Made by a program: the position numbers and the translations under genes. The notes beneath the pieces are model-generated. The model saw only the letters and a program-made list of their open reading frames with translations, had not been told where the DNA came from and made no database searches. A DNA stretch of 63,914 bases, counting the filler, from Candidatus Hydrogenedentota bacterium (lineage in GTDB: Bacteria > JBFMHD01): NCBI GenBank assembly GCA_040752395.1. It is 17 parts of 17 records of this genome, joined end to end, with 100 filler letters (N's around TTAATTAATTAA, not from the genome) between each part and the next. Parts side by side here need not be neighbours in the genome. Positions count along the whole stretch, not along the records: positions 9,181 to 12,107 come from JBFMHD010000285.1; positions 12,208 to 15,116 come from JBFMHD010000286.1; positions 15,217 to 18,110 come from JBFMHD010000287.1; positions 18,211 to 21,060 come from JBFMHD010000288.1; positions 21,161 to 23,987 come from JBFMHD010000289.1; 12 more parts are not named here. One strand, written 5' to 3'. Position 1 is the first letter of the stretch. Each line of letters opens with the position of its first letter. Of this stretch, positions 10,592-21,338 are shown piece by piece.

Positions 10592-11932
10592 TCAGAATTC
10601 TGACGCCGTAGCTCGTTCAAGTTCAGCCTGAGAGATCAGATATCCATATAAAGCATTATAATAGTTCATCTCGGCTCTGGTTAAAAATGTCCTGGCATCA
10701 ATGACCTCAGTTGAGGTTGTCGCTTGTTGTTGATATTGTAAATTTGTTATGCGGAAGTTTTCTTCTGCCTGGGTAAGCGATTTTTTAGCAATTGATATAT
10801 TATCTTCTGCAACGCTTAGATTTAGATAAGCATCCTTTACCTCAAGTTTTATATTATCTGTTATTGAGTTGACCTTTTCCTGGAGGGCAAGTTTATCATA
10901 CTGGCATTTATCAATCTCTGCTTTTCGCTTACCCCAATCAAATAATATCCATTTTGCCTCTACCCCAATTATAGAATCATAGAACCTCCCAAAATCATAA
11001 TTTGTTGCTTTGAAATTATCACCTGTCTGTTTGTAAGTTCCAAAAAGAAAGATCTGGGGATAAAAACTACTTTTAACAAGTTTAGCCGACAGTTCAGACT
11101 GTTTTATATATGATTCTATAATTTTTATCTCAGGTCTATTTTTTATCGCTTTGTTAATAAGTGAAACCAGTTCATACTTAGCCGGGGTTAGCTTCAGGAT
11201 ATCTTCAACAATTAGCTCTTTATCAATATCCTGGTGAAGAAGGATATTAAGATAAGATACAGCCATTTTCAGATTGGACTCAGATTTTCTCTGGTTCTGA
11301 CTGGCATAAGAAAGGGCAACCTCTGATTTCAATAAATCATTATAAGCAATTATCCCCTCATTATACAAACTCCTGGCATCAGAGAGATGAGCCTCAAGTT
11401 GGGTTACCTCCTCGTGTGCGATATTAAGATACTTTTGAGCAAGCAGGATATTATAATAAGCAATCTTAACATTCTTGATAACGTCCAGCACCGCCATCTT
11501 TTTCTCAATATCTTTTATATTGATCCCGAGTTCTGCTACCTTAACCCTGGTTTTGAGAGCATAACCCGTGAATAATGGCTGTTTGATGGTAACATTATAT
11601 GTATAACTCTCCTCACCACCTACGGTAAACTCCATACCACTGAACACTGCCACAGGTGCATCTTTTAATTTTGTATATGAATATGATGCTAAAAGCTCAG
11701 GAAATCGGGAGGCATTAGCTGATTTATATTCATACCACGCTTTTTCCCGTGCATTTATAGCTTCTTTTATTACTGTATTATTTTCCAGAGCAAACTCGAT
11801 GGCTTTACTGAGGGTTAATGTATCATTATTATCTATACTCTGGAGAGGATAACTTACAAATAAAATAGGTAAAAAGACAACCAGTATAAATCTTATCATT
11901 GCACTAACCTTTCTCATATTCTTCAAATGCAT
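10592..11932 (-). CDS. TolC family outer membrane protein
   Basis: Signal peptide, LTLSKAIEFALENN, FPEL, QPLFTG OEP repeats. Confidence 0.9.
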   Translation of the reverse strand: MHLKNMRKVSAMIRFILVVFLPILFVSYPLQSIDNNDTLTLSKAIEFALENNTVIKEAINAREKAWYEYKSANASRFPELLASYSYTKLKDAPVAVFSGMEFTVGGEESYTYNVTIKQPLFTGYALKTRVKVAELGINIKDIEKKMAVLDVIKNVKIAYYNILLAQKYLNIAHEEVTQLEAHLSDARSLYNEGIIAYNDLLKSEVALSYASQNQRKSESNLKMAVSYLNILLHQDIDKELIVEDILKLTPAKYELVSLINKAIKNRPEIKIIESYIKQSELSAKLVKSSFYPQIFLFGTYKQTGDNFKATNYDFGRFYDSIIGVEAKWILFDWGKRKAEIDKCQYDKLALQEKVNSITDNIKLEVKDAYLNLSVAEDNISIAKKSLTQAEENFRITNLQYQQQATTSTEVIDARTFLTRAEMNYYNALYGYLISQAELERATASEF

Positions 11933-12080
11933 CTATTATTCTGTTTAATCCATCTAAAGAACTTTTCACTCTCTTATTATCCTATACTTTCGCACATTTT
12001 ACCTTAAAAAAATAAAAAGCCCCCGTATAATATTGACTACAATTAAATAATCAACACTATACAGAGGAAACTTCAATGTT

Positions 12081-12107
12081 TACTACACAGCAAAGTATAC
12101 AACCACC
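12081..12107 (-). promoter_or_regulatory. Repeated promoter cassette, partial copy upstream of the tolC operon
   Basis: Minus strand GGTGGTTGTATACTTTGCTGTGTAGTA, cut by the gap. Confidence 0.55.
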
Positions 12108-12307
12108 NNNNNNNNNNNNNNNNNNNNNNNNNNNNNNNNNNNNNNNNNNNNTTAATTAATTAANNNNNNNNNNNNNNNNNNNNNNNNNNNNNNNNNNNNN
12201 NNNNNNNAAGAGGATGACATCAAACGATTCCTTCAGTTTTTGTTCAGAGAAGAGGTCACCAGAGCAAGACCCAGAGCTAAAAATGTCTAAGAAATCACCA
12301 TCGTCGC

Positions 12308-12394
12308 TTTTGCGCTCTACACTATTGCGTTCTCTTGCTTCTTGCTTCTTGCTTCTATTTGATATTATTATAGTTACAAAGTTTTTCAGGAGAG
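12308..12394 (+). repeat. Leader element copy 2 (short form)
   Basis: TTTGCGCTCTACAC joined to the CTTGCTT array and TTGATATTATTATAGTTACAAAGTTTTTCAGGAG; ATG at 12407. Confidence 0.9.
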
Positions 12395-12406
12395 AAACAA
12401 TATATT

Positions 12407-13339
12407 ATGCCTGAAGAAAAGATATTAATTATTGATGACGAACCTGACCTTGTTCAAATCGTGAAAATAAATCTGGAACTCGCTGGTTATATAGTTAAAG
12501 ACGCAGATAATGGTGAGGATGGGGTAAGATTGGTTAAAGAACAAAGACCTGATGTTGTGCTACTGGACGTGATGCTACCTGATATCTCAGGCAATGAGGT
12601 ATGTAAGATCTTAAAAAATGATCCGAGAACATGTTTTATACCAATAATGATGCTTACAGCTCGAAGTCAGGTAACTGATAAAGTAAAAGGCCTCCACTCA
12701 GGAGCAGATGATTATCTTACAAAACCGTTCGAACCAGAGGAACTCATTGCAAGGATTGAGATGCTGATACGGCGTTCAAAAAGAGATTTAGGAGCAAATC
12801 CTCTTACCGGTCTCCCCGGCGCAGCATTCATAGAAGAACGTATTAAAAAAGTTGTAGAACAAGGTACCACTTTCGCTGTTTACTATCTTGATTGCGATAA
12901 TTTTAAAGCATTCAATGATAAATACGGTTACCAGGCAGGTAATGAGTTACTTAAAGCATTCGCAAATATTATTGTTGATTCAGTAGACAAAAATGTAGAT
13001 TTTGTAGGACATATTGGTGGCGATGATTTTATCATAATAACAGAGCCACTAAAGATTGATGCTGTCTGCACAAAAATTATTAAAGATTTCGATCGAATAA
13101 TGCCCACTTTCTATGATGAGGTTGACCTTAAAAAGGGATATATCCAGGCATTAGATCGTCAGGGGAACACTCTTAAGTTCCCTATAATAACTCTCTCTAT
13201 CGCGGTTGTTACAAATACAAATTTCATCATCTCAAACCATCTACAGATAGGCGAGATCGCAGCTGAGCTAAAAAAGAAGCTTAAAAAAGAATTAAAAAGT
13301 AATTATCTTGTAAATAGAAGAACAAAGCTTAATCCATAA
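12407..13339 (+). CDS. Response regulator receiver plus GGDEF-domain protein
   Basis: IIDDE...LLDVMLPD...KPF receiver; NPLTGLPG, DNFKAFNDKYG, GHIGGDDF. Confidence 0.92.
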   Translation: MPEEKILIIDDEPDLVQIVKINLELAGYIVKDADNGEDGVRLVKEQRPDVVLLDVMLPDISGNEVCKILKNDPRTCFIPIMMLTARSQVTDKVKGLHSGADDYLTKPFEPEELIARIEMLIRRSKRDLGANPLTGLPGAAFIEERIKKVVEQGTTFAVYYLDCDNFKAFNDKYGYQAGNELLKAFANIIVDSVDKNVDFVGHIGGDDFIIITEPLKIDAVCTKIIKDFDRIMPTFYDEVDLKKGYIQALDRQGNTLKFPIITLSIAVVTNTNFIISNHLQIGEIAAELKKKLKKELKSNYLVNRRTKLNP

Positions 13340-15018
13340 ATCTCGAATAAAATTTCTTCTCATAAGGTTCGGTTGAGAGTCTGTTATAAATTTTTAGATA
13401 AAATTCAGCTTGCGCATAATCATTTTGCTCGTTGTATATCTTATATAGATATAAATATGACATTTCATTATTTTTATCAAGAGTAAGAGCCTGCAGAAAA
13501 TAATCCCGGGAAGTCTTAAAATCGTTTTTATTATAATATATTATCCCGAGATTTGAATATAGATACGATTCTTTTTTAGAGAATTTAAGTGCTTTCTTAA
13601 ATATCTCTTCTGCGATATCATAATTCTTAAGCTCCATTAACGTAACACCAAGATTAACCCATGCCGGGTTATTATACCGCTCTACTTTTAAAGAAAGATT
13701 ATAATATTTTAACGCTTCTAAAAATTTATTTTTTTCACGATATATATCACCTATTATATTATAATGCTCATAGGGATGTGGCCCAACATTATACCAATTA
13801 TTAAATGTGATAACCATAGATATAAAACATATCAAAATATATCTAACAAAGATTTTATACTCATTAAGTTTTAAAACTTCTAAAATATTATATATCCCAC
13901 ACGCCGCTAAAATTATAAAAAAAGGAACCACAGGTAGTCTGTACCTGCTATTTACAAAAAATGCGATAACAGAAAAAGAATACAGAATAACGTATGAAAA
14001 TATAAATGTTGAAAAAATATATCTTCTTATAAAAAATAGACCAACAATAGAAAAAGTAAATATTATACCAAAACTTAGTAGCGGTAAATGCATTACTCTT
14101 GACAGGTCTTTGAAATAATATATCGGAGAATTGTTAGAAATCTCAAAATTGTTAATAAAAAAAAGAGTTTTCCTGAAGAGTGTTTTCAACCAGACTAAAG
14201 GATACGATTTTATGTCTAACAATGCTTTTTTAAACCAGAACCTCGATACCTCAGATGGCTTTAATTCTCTATTCAATTCTTCTTCAGCTATCCTGAAACT
14301 GTCAATATACCCTCCCCACCAATCCTGTCTTCCCTCAGGATATACAGCACTACAACCATCAGAAAATCTATTGTTCCCTATATAAAAATTTATCCCTGCC
14401 TGGCTAGATATCAATAAAGTATCTTTCCCGTATATATAATTAATAAAAGTAATAACAAAAATAGGCGCTGCTAAAGGTATCATAAAAAATGAAAAATATC
14501 TTCTATAATTCTTCGCAAATGCAATGATTAAAAGATAAGCAAGTAAAACAATTAATATATTGGGCCTCGTTATCGCAGAGAGACCAGCAATAAACCCTGA
14601 AAACAGGATATAATATTTATTATTGCTTTTAAGCCCCTTAAAAATGAATAAATGAAATAATAAAACTAAAAAAATATAAAAAGTCTCGATTAATATCTCT
14701 CCCTCATAATAGATAAAGGGCCAGTGGAATGCAGAAATAAAAGCAGTTATTAAAAAGAGGTAATTATTCTCTGTAATCTCATAAACTATCAACGATAAAA
14801 TAATTACGCTTAATATTCCAAGCAACGATTGAATGACTGTCAAAATCAATGGGTTATATTCAAATAATCCTATGATTATTCTTAAAAAAAGTGGATATAA
14901 TGGTGCTCGAAAAAAAGGTGGTTTTGATAATGGGTGGCCTTCAAAAAAGTTCAACGCCAACTCTGTATGGATTTTCGCATCCATAATAGGATGATAAAAT
15001 AAAGGGTTATTTCTACTA
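13329..15018 (-). CDS. ArnT/GT39-like glycosyltransferase with C-terminal TPRs, 5' end apparently missing
   Basis: FRAPLYPLFL, ITRPN, GINFYIGNN, SRYRLP, TPR repeats. The frame is open upstream of ATG 14984. Confidence 0.8.
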
Positions 15019-15020
15019 AT

Positions 15021-15116
15021 TTAGCCAAACGGCAGAAAAAAAGCATGGCTCAGATTATCAGGGAGCTTGTCGATGAGCATATACAGAAGAGGGCAGGACA
15101 AAAACAGGAAGACCCC
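15021..15116 (+). other. Fragment resembling a CopG/RHH antitoxin
   Basis: Translates LAKRQKKSMAQIIRELVDEHIQKRAGQKQEDP; no start codon, at the contig edge. Confidence 0.5.
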
Positions 15117-15216
15117 NNNNNNNNNNNNNNNNNNNNNNNNNNNNNNNNNNNNNNNNNNNNTTAATTAATTAANNNNNNNNNNNNNNNNNNNNNNNNNNNN
15201 NNNNNNNNNNNNNNNN

Positions 15217-15472
15217 GAAACAGATGGATGAACGATTTACCGCTATGCAGAAACAGATGGATGAACGATTTACAGCTATGCAAAAACAGATGGATGAGCG
15301 GTTTGCTAAAATGGATGAGAAGTTTGAAAAGTTTGCTATTGCGTTGGCAAGGGTTGAGTCAAAAACAGACCTGCTTGTCGAACTCGTTAAAGATTTTAAA
15401 AAAATTGATACTTTTGAATTCAGATTAGTTCAGGTAGAGAAAAAAATAGAAAAACTTGTTTCAGCCGCTTAA
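15217..15472 (+). CDS. Coiled-coil repeat protein, partial, with 33-bp tandem repeats
   Basis: KQMDERFTAMQ 11-aa repeats; the contig begins inside the repeat. Confidence 0.7.
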
Positions 15473-15685
15473 CTGTTTAAATTTATTATAAACTTAATCT
15501 CTATAATAAATTCAGTATTTAGTTTAATGGCCAATAATGTTATTTAAAAAAGGTCTGTACCAGATATGAATCTGTAAGTCGTACGTATAACCCTGAATAT
15601 TTATGGTTAAGATGTTCATATAAAATACTAATATCCCGCGTCGGAAATAGCGGTATCAGTATCGCAAAAAATATAGTAGTGCGGG

Positions 15686-16528
15686 TTACAATATAATCTT
15701 TAAAAACCTGTCTCTTCCTGCCAAATCTTTCTCTATATTATAATTTGAGAAATCATCCCTTACCATAGCTAAAATTCTATCTGTATTATATTCAGCTATT
15801 TCAGCGATAAAAATCCCGCCTTTTCTTAAATATCTTTTTAGTTCTCTTAATATAATCTTTATGTCAAAAAGGCCTGAATCTTTTGAAATCAATGCAGATA
15901 AAGGCTCAAACTCTTTTACTTCCTTTTGAAGCAACGAAAAAGAAGCAACATAAGGTGGATTTGCTACTATACAATCAAATTTAATGTTTTCATTTATACC
16001 GTTAAACCAATCAGAACAAACCCATTTAATTCTATTATCAATCTTCAATATTTCGCCGTTTTTTTGTGCGATACTCAACGCTTTTAAACATTTATCGATG
16101 CCGATACCATAACTTTCTTTGAATATTTTTAAGAGTGAGCATAATATGGCCCCGCATCCTGTCCCGAGGTCAAGAAACCAATAAATATTCTTAAAAAAAA
16201 GATGTTTTATTACTATATCTATTAAAACCTCTGTTTCTTTACGTGGTATGAATACGCCTTCCTCAATCATAAACTCATAATCATAAAAATCTATTTTTTT
16301 TGTAATATACGCTACGGGTATTAATGACTTTCTTTTATTGATAACTTCATTTATTTCTTTTATTTTTAAATCATCAATTTCCCTATCATAATTCAAATAT
16401 AAATCTGGTCTACTCATATTTAAGACATAACACATTAGAATCTCAGCATCTTTTTTTGGGGAGAGTATCTCATTATTTTCTTTAAGTGTATTTATACTAA
16501 AAAGGTGCAAATCTTTAATAGTTTTCAA
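15686..16528 (-). CDS. prmC: Release factor glutamine methyltransferase
   Basis: VFIPRKETE, DLGTGCG, NPPY; directly downstream of prfA. Confidence 0.93.
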   Translation of the reverse strand: MKTIKDLHLFSINTLKENNEILSPKKDAEILMCYVLNMSRPDLYLNYDREIDDLKIKEINEVINKRKSLIPVAYITKKIDFYDYEFMIEEGVFIPRKETEVLIDIVIKHLFFKNIYWFLDLGTGCGAILCSLLKIFKESYGIGIDKCLKALSIAQKNGEILKIDNRIKWVCSDWFNGINENIKFDCIVANPPYVASFSLLQKEVKEFEPLSALISKDSGLFDIKIILRELKRYLRKGGIFIAEIAEYNTDRILAMVRDDFSNYNIEKDLAGRDRFLKIIL

Positions 16529-16531
16529 TTT

Positions 16532-17605
16532 TCAACCTGAGATTCTTTTTATTTTTTCTGCAAGCTCATTTTTAATTAAAGCATCTATTAACTCATCAAG
16601 ATTACCGTCGAGTATGGAGTTCAGATTGTATAGATTAAGATTTATTCTATGGTCGGTTATTCTATTATCTCGAAAATTGTATGTTCGTATCTTTTCACTT
16701 CTATCACCTGTACCGACCTGTTCTTTTCTGTCTTTAGCGCGTTTTTCGTCTTCTTTTTCACTTATATATTCAAGCAGTCGTGATTTTAATATTTTCATAG
16801 CCTTTGCTTTATTTTTATGCTGTGACTTTTCGTCCTGACAGGTAACTGTAAAACCAGTTGGGATATGCGTGATTCTTACAGCTGACTCGGTTTTATTTAC
16901 ATGCTGACCGCCGTGGCCTGAGGCACGAAAAACATCTATGCGCAAATCATTCTCATCAATCTCTATTTCGATATCATCTGCCTGTGGTAATACCGCAACG
17001 CTTACAGCAGAGGTATGTATTCTTCCCGAAGCCTCTGTTACTGGCACACGCTGCACTCTGTGTACCCCTCTCTCAAACTTTAAATAACTAAATACTCTCT
17101 TCCCTGTAATTTGAAATATTATCTCCTTAAACCCGCCTATGCCAGTTTGGTTTATTGACATAACTTCATATTTCCAGCCTTTATTATCAGCGAATTTAGT
17201 GTACATCCGATACAGGTCAGCAACAAAGAGTGTAGCTTCATCTCCACCTGTTCCTGCCCTTATCTCCATAATAATATTCTTTTCATCACGGTGGTCAGTT
17301 TCAATAAGTCTTTGATAGAAATCCTGTTCAGTCTTTATTCTCTTTTCTTTTGCTTTAACTAAATCGTTCTGCGCTTCGTTTTTTAATTCTTCTTCAATAT
17401 CTTCTTTTAATAGTTCTTCAAGATTTTTTATTTCTTTTTCTGTTTTAATCAGCTCATCGCCAATATTTGCAAGCTCTCTTATCCGTGAATATTCTTTACT
17501 GATCTCTGTAAATTCTCTGGTCCCTGCGCTATTATTATAAGATAATCTTTCTTCTATTTTTACTAAGTCTTTTTTTATTTTTTCAATCTGCTGATGAATA
17601 TTCAT
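16532..17605 (-). CDS. prfA: Peptide chain release factor 1
   Basis: GGQ, PVT motif, [20 protein letters not shown]. Confidence 0.97.
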   Translation of the reverse strand: MNIHQQIEKIKKDLVKIEERLSYNNSAGTREFTEISKEYSRIRELANIGDELIKTEKEIKNLEELLKEDIEEELKNEAQNDLVKAKEKRIKTEQDFYQRLIETDHRDEKNIIMEIRAGTGGDEATLFVADLYRMYTKFADNKGWKYEVMSINQTGIGGFKEIIFQITGKRVFSYLKFERGVHRVQRVPVTEASGRIHTSAVSVAVLPQADDIEIEIDENDLRIDVFRASGHGGQHVNKTESAVRITHIPTGFTVTCQDEKSQHKNKAKAMKILKSRLLEYISEKEDEKRAKDRKEQVGTGDRSEKIRTYNFRDNRITDHRINLNLYNLNSILDGNLDELIDALIKNELAEKIKRISG

Positions 17606-17653
17606 TTTAATTACCTTGTTATAAATATAGTCTTTTGGTCTGATTTATATTAA

Positions 17654-17860
17654 CTACTTTTCAGCAAGTCTATATTTTCTCTTAAATTTCTCTACCCTTC
17701 CTGCTGTATCTACATATTTAAACTTGCCTGTAAAAAACGGATGACAGTTAGAACAGATATCAACATGTAAAGTCGGTCGGGTTGACCTTGTTTTAACAGT
17801 ATTACCACAGGCACAGGTGATAATACACTCCATATATTCAGGATGAATCTTCTCTTTCAT
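17654..17860 (-). CDS. rpmE: 50S ribosomal protein L31 (Zn-binding type)
   Basis: MKEKIHPEY...CACG...[20 protein letters not shown]. Confidence 0.97.
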   Translation of the reverse strand: MKEKIHPEYMECIITCACGNTVKTRSTRPTLHVDICSNCHPFFTGKFKYVDTAGRVEKFKRKYRLAEK

Positions 17861-17968
17861 AAAATAAATCACCTCAAAATTAAAATCGAGGTATAATTAG
17901 TTAAATAAGTGATTTTTGTCAACTTCTTTTTGGTCTGATTCTACCCCAGTTTTAATATTGAAAAATAA

Positions 17969-18082
17969 CCCCCCTTCGAAAAACATTGTAATTATAATAA
18001 TATCAAGTAGAAGCAAGAAGCAAGAAGCAAGAAGCAAGATAACGGAAGAAGTGAGAAGTATCAGGATGGACTTCGGGCTACG
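17969..18082 (-). repeat. Leader element copy 3, SD degenerate, about 100 nt upstream of rpmE
   Basis: TCCTGATACTTCTCACTTCTTCCGTTAT, CTTGCTT x4, ...GTTTTTCGAAGGGGGG. Confidence 0.9.
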
Positions 18083-18210
18083 AAATTAGTCTATAGTGTC
18101 AAAAAGTCGTNNNNNNNNNNNNNNNNNNNNNNNNNNNNNNNNNNNNNNNNNNNNTTAATTAATTAANNNNNNNNNNNNNNNNNNNNNNNNNNNNNNNNNN
18201 NNNNNNNNNN

Positions 18211-18352
18211 AAGTCGTGAGTCAAAACAGGACTCTAGACTCAAGACTCAAGACTTTTCAGCAGGCTCCGGGCTTCGGGCTCCAAGCCGGCTGTAGTCCGT
18301 CGCCCGGAGCCTGTACCCCGAATTATTAGAGTTACAGTGTTTTTCAGAGGAG
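18211..18352 (+). repeat. Leader element copy 4
   Basis: Hairpin modules plus the alternative 3' end CCCCGAATTATTAGAGTTACAGTGTTTTTCAGAGGAG; GTG at 18361. Confidence 0.95.
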
Positions 18353-18360
18353 AATTTATC

Positions 18361-20859
18361 GTGAAAAGTATTATTGAAGAGACTTATTTAACTGATGCTC
18401 AGCTTAAAGCTGAATTAGAGCGGTGCGAGTATTGCGAGGAGAAACCCTGCAAAGAAGCCTGCCCGGCAAACTGTTCTGCTGCTGATTTTATTATGGCAGC
18501 AAAAGTCTTTGAGAAACAGGATATTCAACGAACCGCTGCTTTGATTATGAAAGACAATCCTCTGGGTGGGGTTTGCGGCGTTGTTTGTCCTGACAGGTTC
18601 TGTATGGATGCCTGCTCACATAAATTATTTGATGTCCCCATAAACATCCCTTCTGTGCAGGCTACTATTATAAAAAAAGCTAAGGAGCTGGGTGGTATCC
18701 CTGTATTTAATAAAGTACCAAGAAATAATAAAAAGGTTGCTGTCATTGGTGCTGGACCCGCTGGCCTTTCCTGCGCTGCCCTTTTATCACAAAAAGGTTA
18801 TAGAGTTGATATATTTGAAAAAGAGAGAGTAGCTGGTGGTATGTGTAATCTTATACCCGAATACAGACTTTCTAAAGACGTTCTAAAAACAGATATCGAT
18901 TTTATTCTCTCGCTTGGTGATATAAAAATACATACCTCTAAAACTATTTCTGACCCTTTTAAATTACTTAAAAAAGGCTATAATGCTGTACTTGTTTCTG
19001 TCGGTTTATGGGAACCTCTTTTGCCAGGAATTATCAATCAAAATTTAGCAATAGATTCAATAAAATATCTTAAAAACCCTAAAAGATATAAAGTAAAAGG
19101 GTTAAATGTTGCTATCATAGGTGGCGGTGCTGTTGCAACTGATTGTGCAGTTACAGCAAAACAACAGAAGGCAAAAAGAGTTGAGATGTTTGCACTTGAA
19201 AAATTAAGTGAGATGCCTTTAACCAAAAAAGAAATGAAGGAGATATTCGAGAATGGTATTGAGGTTTCGGGCAGAACCAAAGTCTTGGAAATTTTAAAAA
19301 AGGAGGGAAAGGTTAAGGGACTGAAGATAATAAAAGTCACTCTGCCACCAAAAGTTAAATTTAACTTAAAAGATATTAAAGAAGTCAAAGGTACTGAACA
19401 AATGTTAAGCAGAATCGATTTTGTTATCATAGCTATAGGGAACAAGCCAAAAATGAAAATATTTAAAGATAAAAGAGTATTTTATGCCGGGGATTGCGTA
19501 AACGGTCCTAAAACAGTGGTTGAATCTGTCGCATCTGGTAAAAATATAGCGCTTGAGATCGATTCTTTTCTTACGAATCAAAAGAAACCAGGGATTGAAA
19601 AAAGCACAAAGAGTAGAGTCTCGCTTCCAGGATATGTAAAACTTCCTGTCTCTCTTGAGACTGATTTTTTTGGAAGAAAAATATTATCGCCTTTCTTATT
19701 ATCAGCCGCACCTCCAACCGATGGTCTTGAAGAAATGAGAAAAGCATATAAAGTTGGATGGGCTGGCGGTATTATGAAAACATCATTTGATAATGTAGCT
19801 ATACATATACCCTCTGAATATATGCATGTTTTTGATAAATATACTTATGGTAATTGCGATAATGTTTCAGGTCATCCGCTTGATCGTGTCTGTAAAGAAG
19901 TCGAGATTTTAATAAAAGAGTATCCTGATAGATTAACTATGGCTTCAACCGGCGGTCCTGTTACTGGCAACGATGAAAAAGATAAAATCCAGTGGCAAAG
20001 CAATACTAAAAAACTTGAGAATGCTGGTTGTATGGGTATCGAATATAGTTTATCCTGCCCACAGGGCGGTGATGGTACCGAGGGCGATATCGTTTCGCAG
20101 AACGCTTCATTAACTGCAAAAATTATTGATTGGGTGATGGAGATTAGTAATCCCGCTATACCAAAACTTTTTAAACTCACCTCTGCCGTTACCTCAATTT
20201 ATCCAATTGCGAATGCTATTAAAAAGGTTTTTTCTAAATATCCGGATAAAAAAGCTGGCATCACACTGGCCAATACCTTCCCTACCCTATTTTTCAGGAA
20301 AGGTATAAAAAAAGAGTGGGAAGATGGTATTATTGTTGGGATGAGTGGTTTAGGTGTATTACCTATAAGTTATCTTACTCTCTCCAATGTTTCAAAAAGT
20401 GGTCTTATTGTATCAGGTAATGGTGGTGTTATCAGTTATAAAGATGCTGCTAATTTCTTAGCGCTTGGTGTTAACTCAGTGCAGGTCTGTACAGTGGTCA
20501 CTAAACACGGTTATGGTATTATTGACGAGCTGACAAATGGTTTAAGTTATTTAATGCAGGAACGCGGTATTAAATCTATTGACAGTTTGCGTGGCATAGC
20601 GATTCCAGAACCGATACGTGGTTTTATGGAACTCTCTGCTGTCAAAAAAATCTCAGCATTCAATCATGAGATATGCGTTAGTTGTGGTAATTGTACGCGT
20701 TGCCCGTATCTCGCAATAACGTTAAACATAGATAAAAAACCAGAATCAGACCCGGCAAAATGTATCGGCTGCAGTCTCTGTGAAAAGAAATGTTTCACAG
20801 GTGCTATCTATATGCGAGAGAGAACTAAAAAAGAATTAGCTATGTTGAAAGAAGCATAG
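18361..20859 (+). CDS. Dihydropyrimidine dehydrogenase-like PreT-PreA fusion
   Basis: N-terminal Fe-S (RCEYC..PCKEACP), GAGPAG FAD motif, DHOD-like FMN domain (SCP), C-terminal 2x[4Fe-4S]. Confidence 0.85.
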   Translation: MKSIIEETYLTDAQLKAELERCEYCEEKPCKEACPANCSAADFIMAAKVFEKQDIQRTAALIMKDNPLGGVCGVVCPDRFCMDACSHKLFDVPINIPSVQATIIKKAKELGGIPVFNKVPRNNKKVAVIGAGPAGLSCAALLSQKGYRVDIFEKERVAGGMCNLIPEYRLSKDVLKTDIDFILSLGDIKIHTSKTISDPFKLLKKGYNAVLVSVGLWEPLLPGIINQNLAIDSIKYLKNPKRYKVKGLNVAIIGGGAVATDCAVTAKQQKAKRVEMFALEKLSEMPLTKKEMKEIFENGIEVSGRTKVLEILKKEGKVKGLKIIKVTLPPKVKFNLKDIKEVKGTEQMLSRIDFVIIAIGNKPKMKIFKDKRVFYAGDCVNGPKTVVESVASGKNIALEIDSFLTNQKKPGIEKSTKSRVSLPGYVKLPVSLETDFFGRKILSPFLLSAAPPTDGLEEMRKAYKVGWAGGIMKTSFDNVAIHIPSEYMHVFDKYTYGNCDNVSGHPLDRVCKEVEILIKEYPDRLTMASTGGPVTGNDEKDKIQWQSNTKKLENAGCMGIEYSLSCPQGGDGTEGDIVSQNASLTAKIIDWVMEISNPAIPKLFKLTSAVTSIYPIANAIKKVFSKYPDKKAGITLANTFPTLFFRKGIKKEWEDGIIVGMSGLGVLPISYLTLSNVSKSGLIVSGNGGVISYKDAANFLALGVNSVQVCTVVTKHGYGIIDELTNGLSYLMQERGIKSIDSLRGIAIPEPIRGFMELSAVKKISAFNHEICVSCGNCTRCPYLAITLNIDKKPESDPAKCIGCSLCEKKCFTGAIYMRERTKKELAMLKEA

Positions 20860-20875
20860 AAAATCAGCCCTGTAA

Positions 20876-21026
20876 GTCAAAGAGTCGAGAGTCGTGAGTC
20901 ACAAGTCGCAAGTCGTGAGTCAAAACAGGACTCGAGACTCAAGACTTTTCATAGGGGGCTCCAGCCGGCTGTAGTCCGTAGCCCGTAGCCTGTAGCCCGA
21001 ATTATTAGAGTTGCGAAGTTTTTCGA
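20876..21026 (+). repeat. Leader element copy 5, SD absent
   Basis: Same hairpin modules; ends GTTTTTCGAAAT. Confidence 0.92.
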
Positions 21027-21160
21027 AATAGTGAGGGTCACAAGACCCGTAGTAGGGGGANNNNNNNNNNNNNNNNNNNNNNNNNNNNNNNNNNNNNNNN
21101 NNNNTTAATTAATTAANNNNNNNNNNNNNNNNNNNNNNNNNNNNNNNNNNNNNNNNNNNN

Positions 21161-21328
21161 AAAACAGGACTCGAGACTCAAGACTCAAGACTTTTCATAG
21201 GGGGCTCCAGCCAGCTGTAGTCCGTAGCCCGTAGCCCGTCCTGATACCTCTCACTTCTTCCGTTATCTTGCTTCTTGCTTCTTGTTTCTACTTGATATTA
21301 TTATAGTTACAATGTTTTTCAGAGGAGG
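21161..21328 (+). repeat. Leader element copy 6 (upstream of degP)
   Basis: Ends TTTTTCAGAGGAGG, 10 nt before ATG 21339. Confidence 0.95.
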
Positions 21329-21338
21329 TGTATATTTA

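Noticed and set aside
15217-15310. 33-bp repeats as CRISPR
   Set aside because: Contiguous in-frame coding repeats without spacers.
21282-21338. Shared N-terminal peptide MxLxDIIxVTMFFRG on several ORFs
   Set aside because: It is a translation of the leader element. The real starts follow its SD (also at 24219, 59926, 61307 and 18337).
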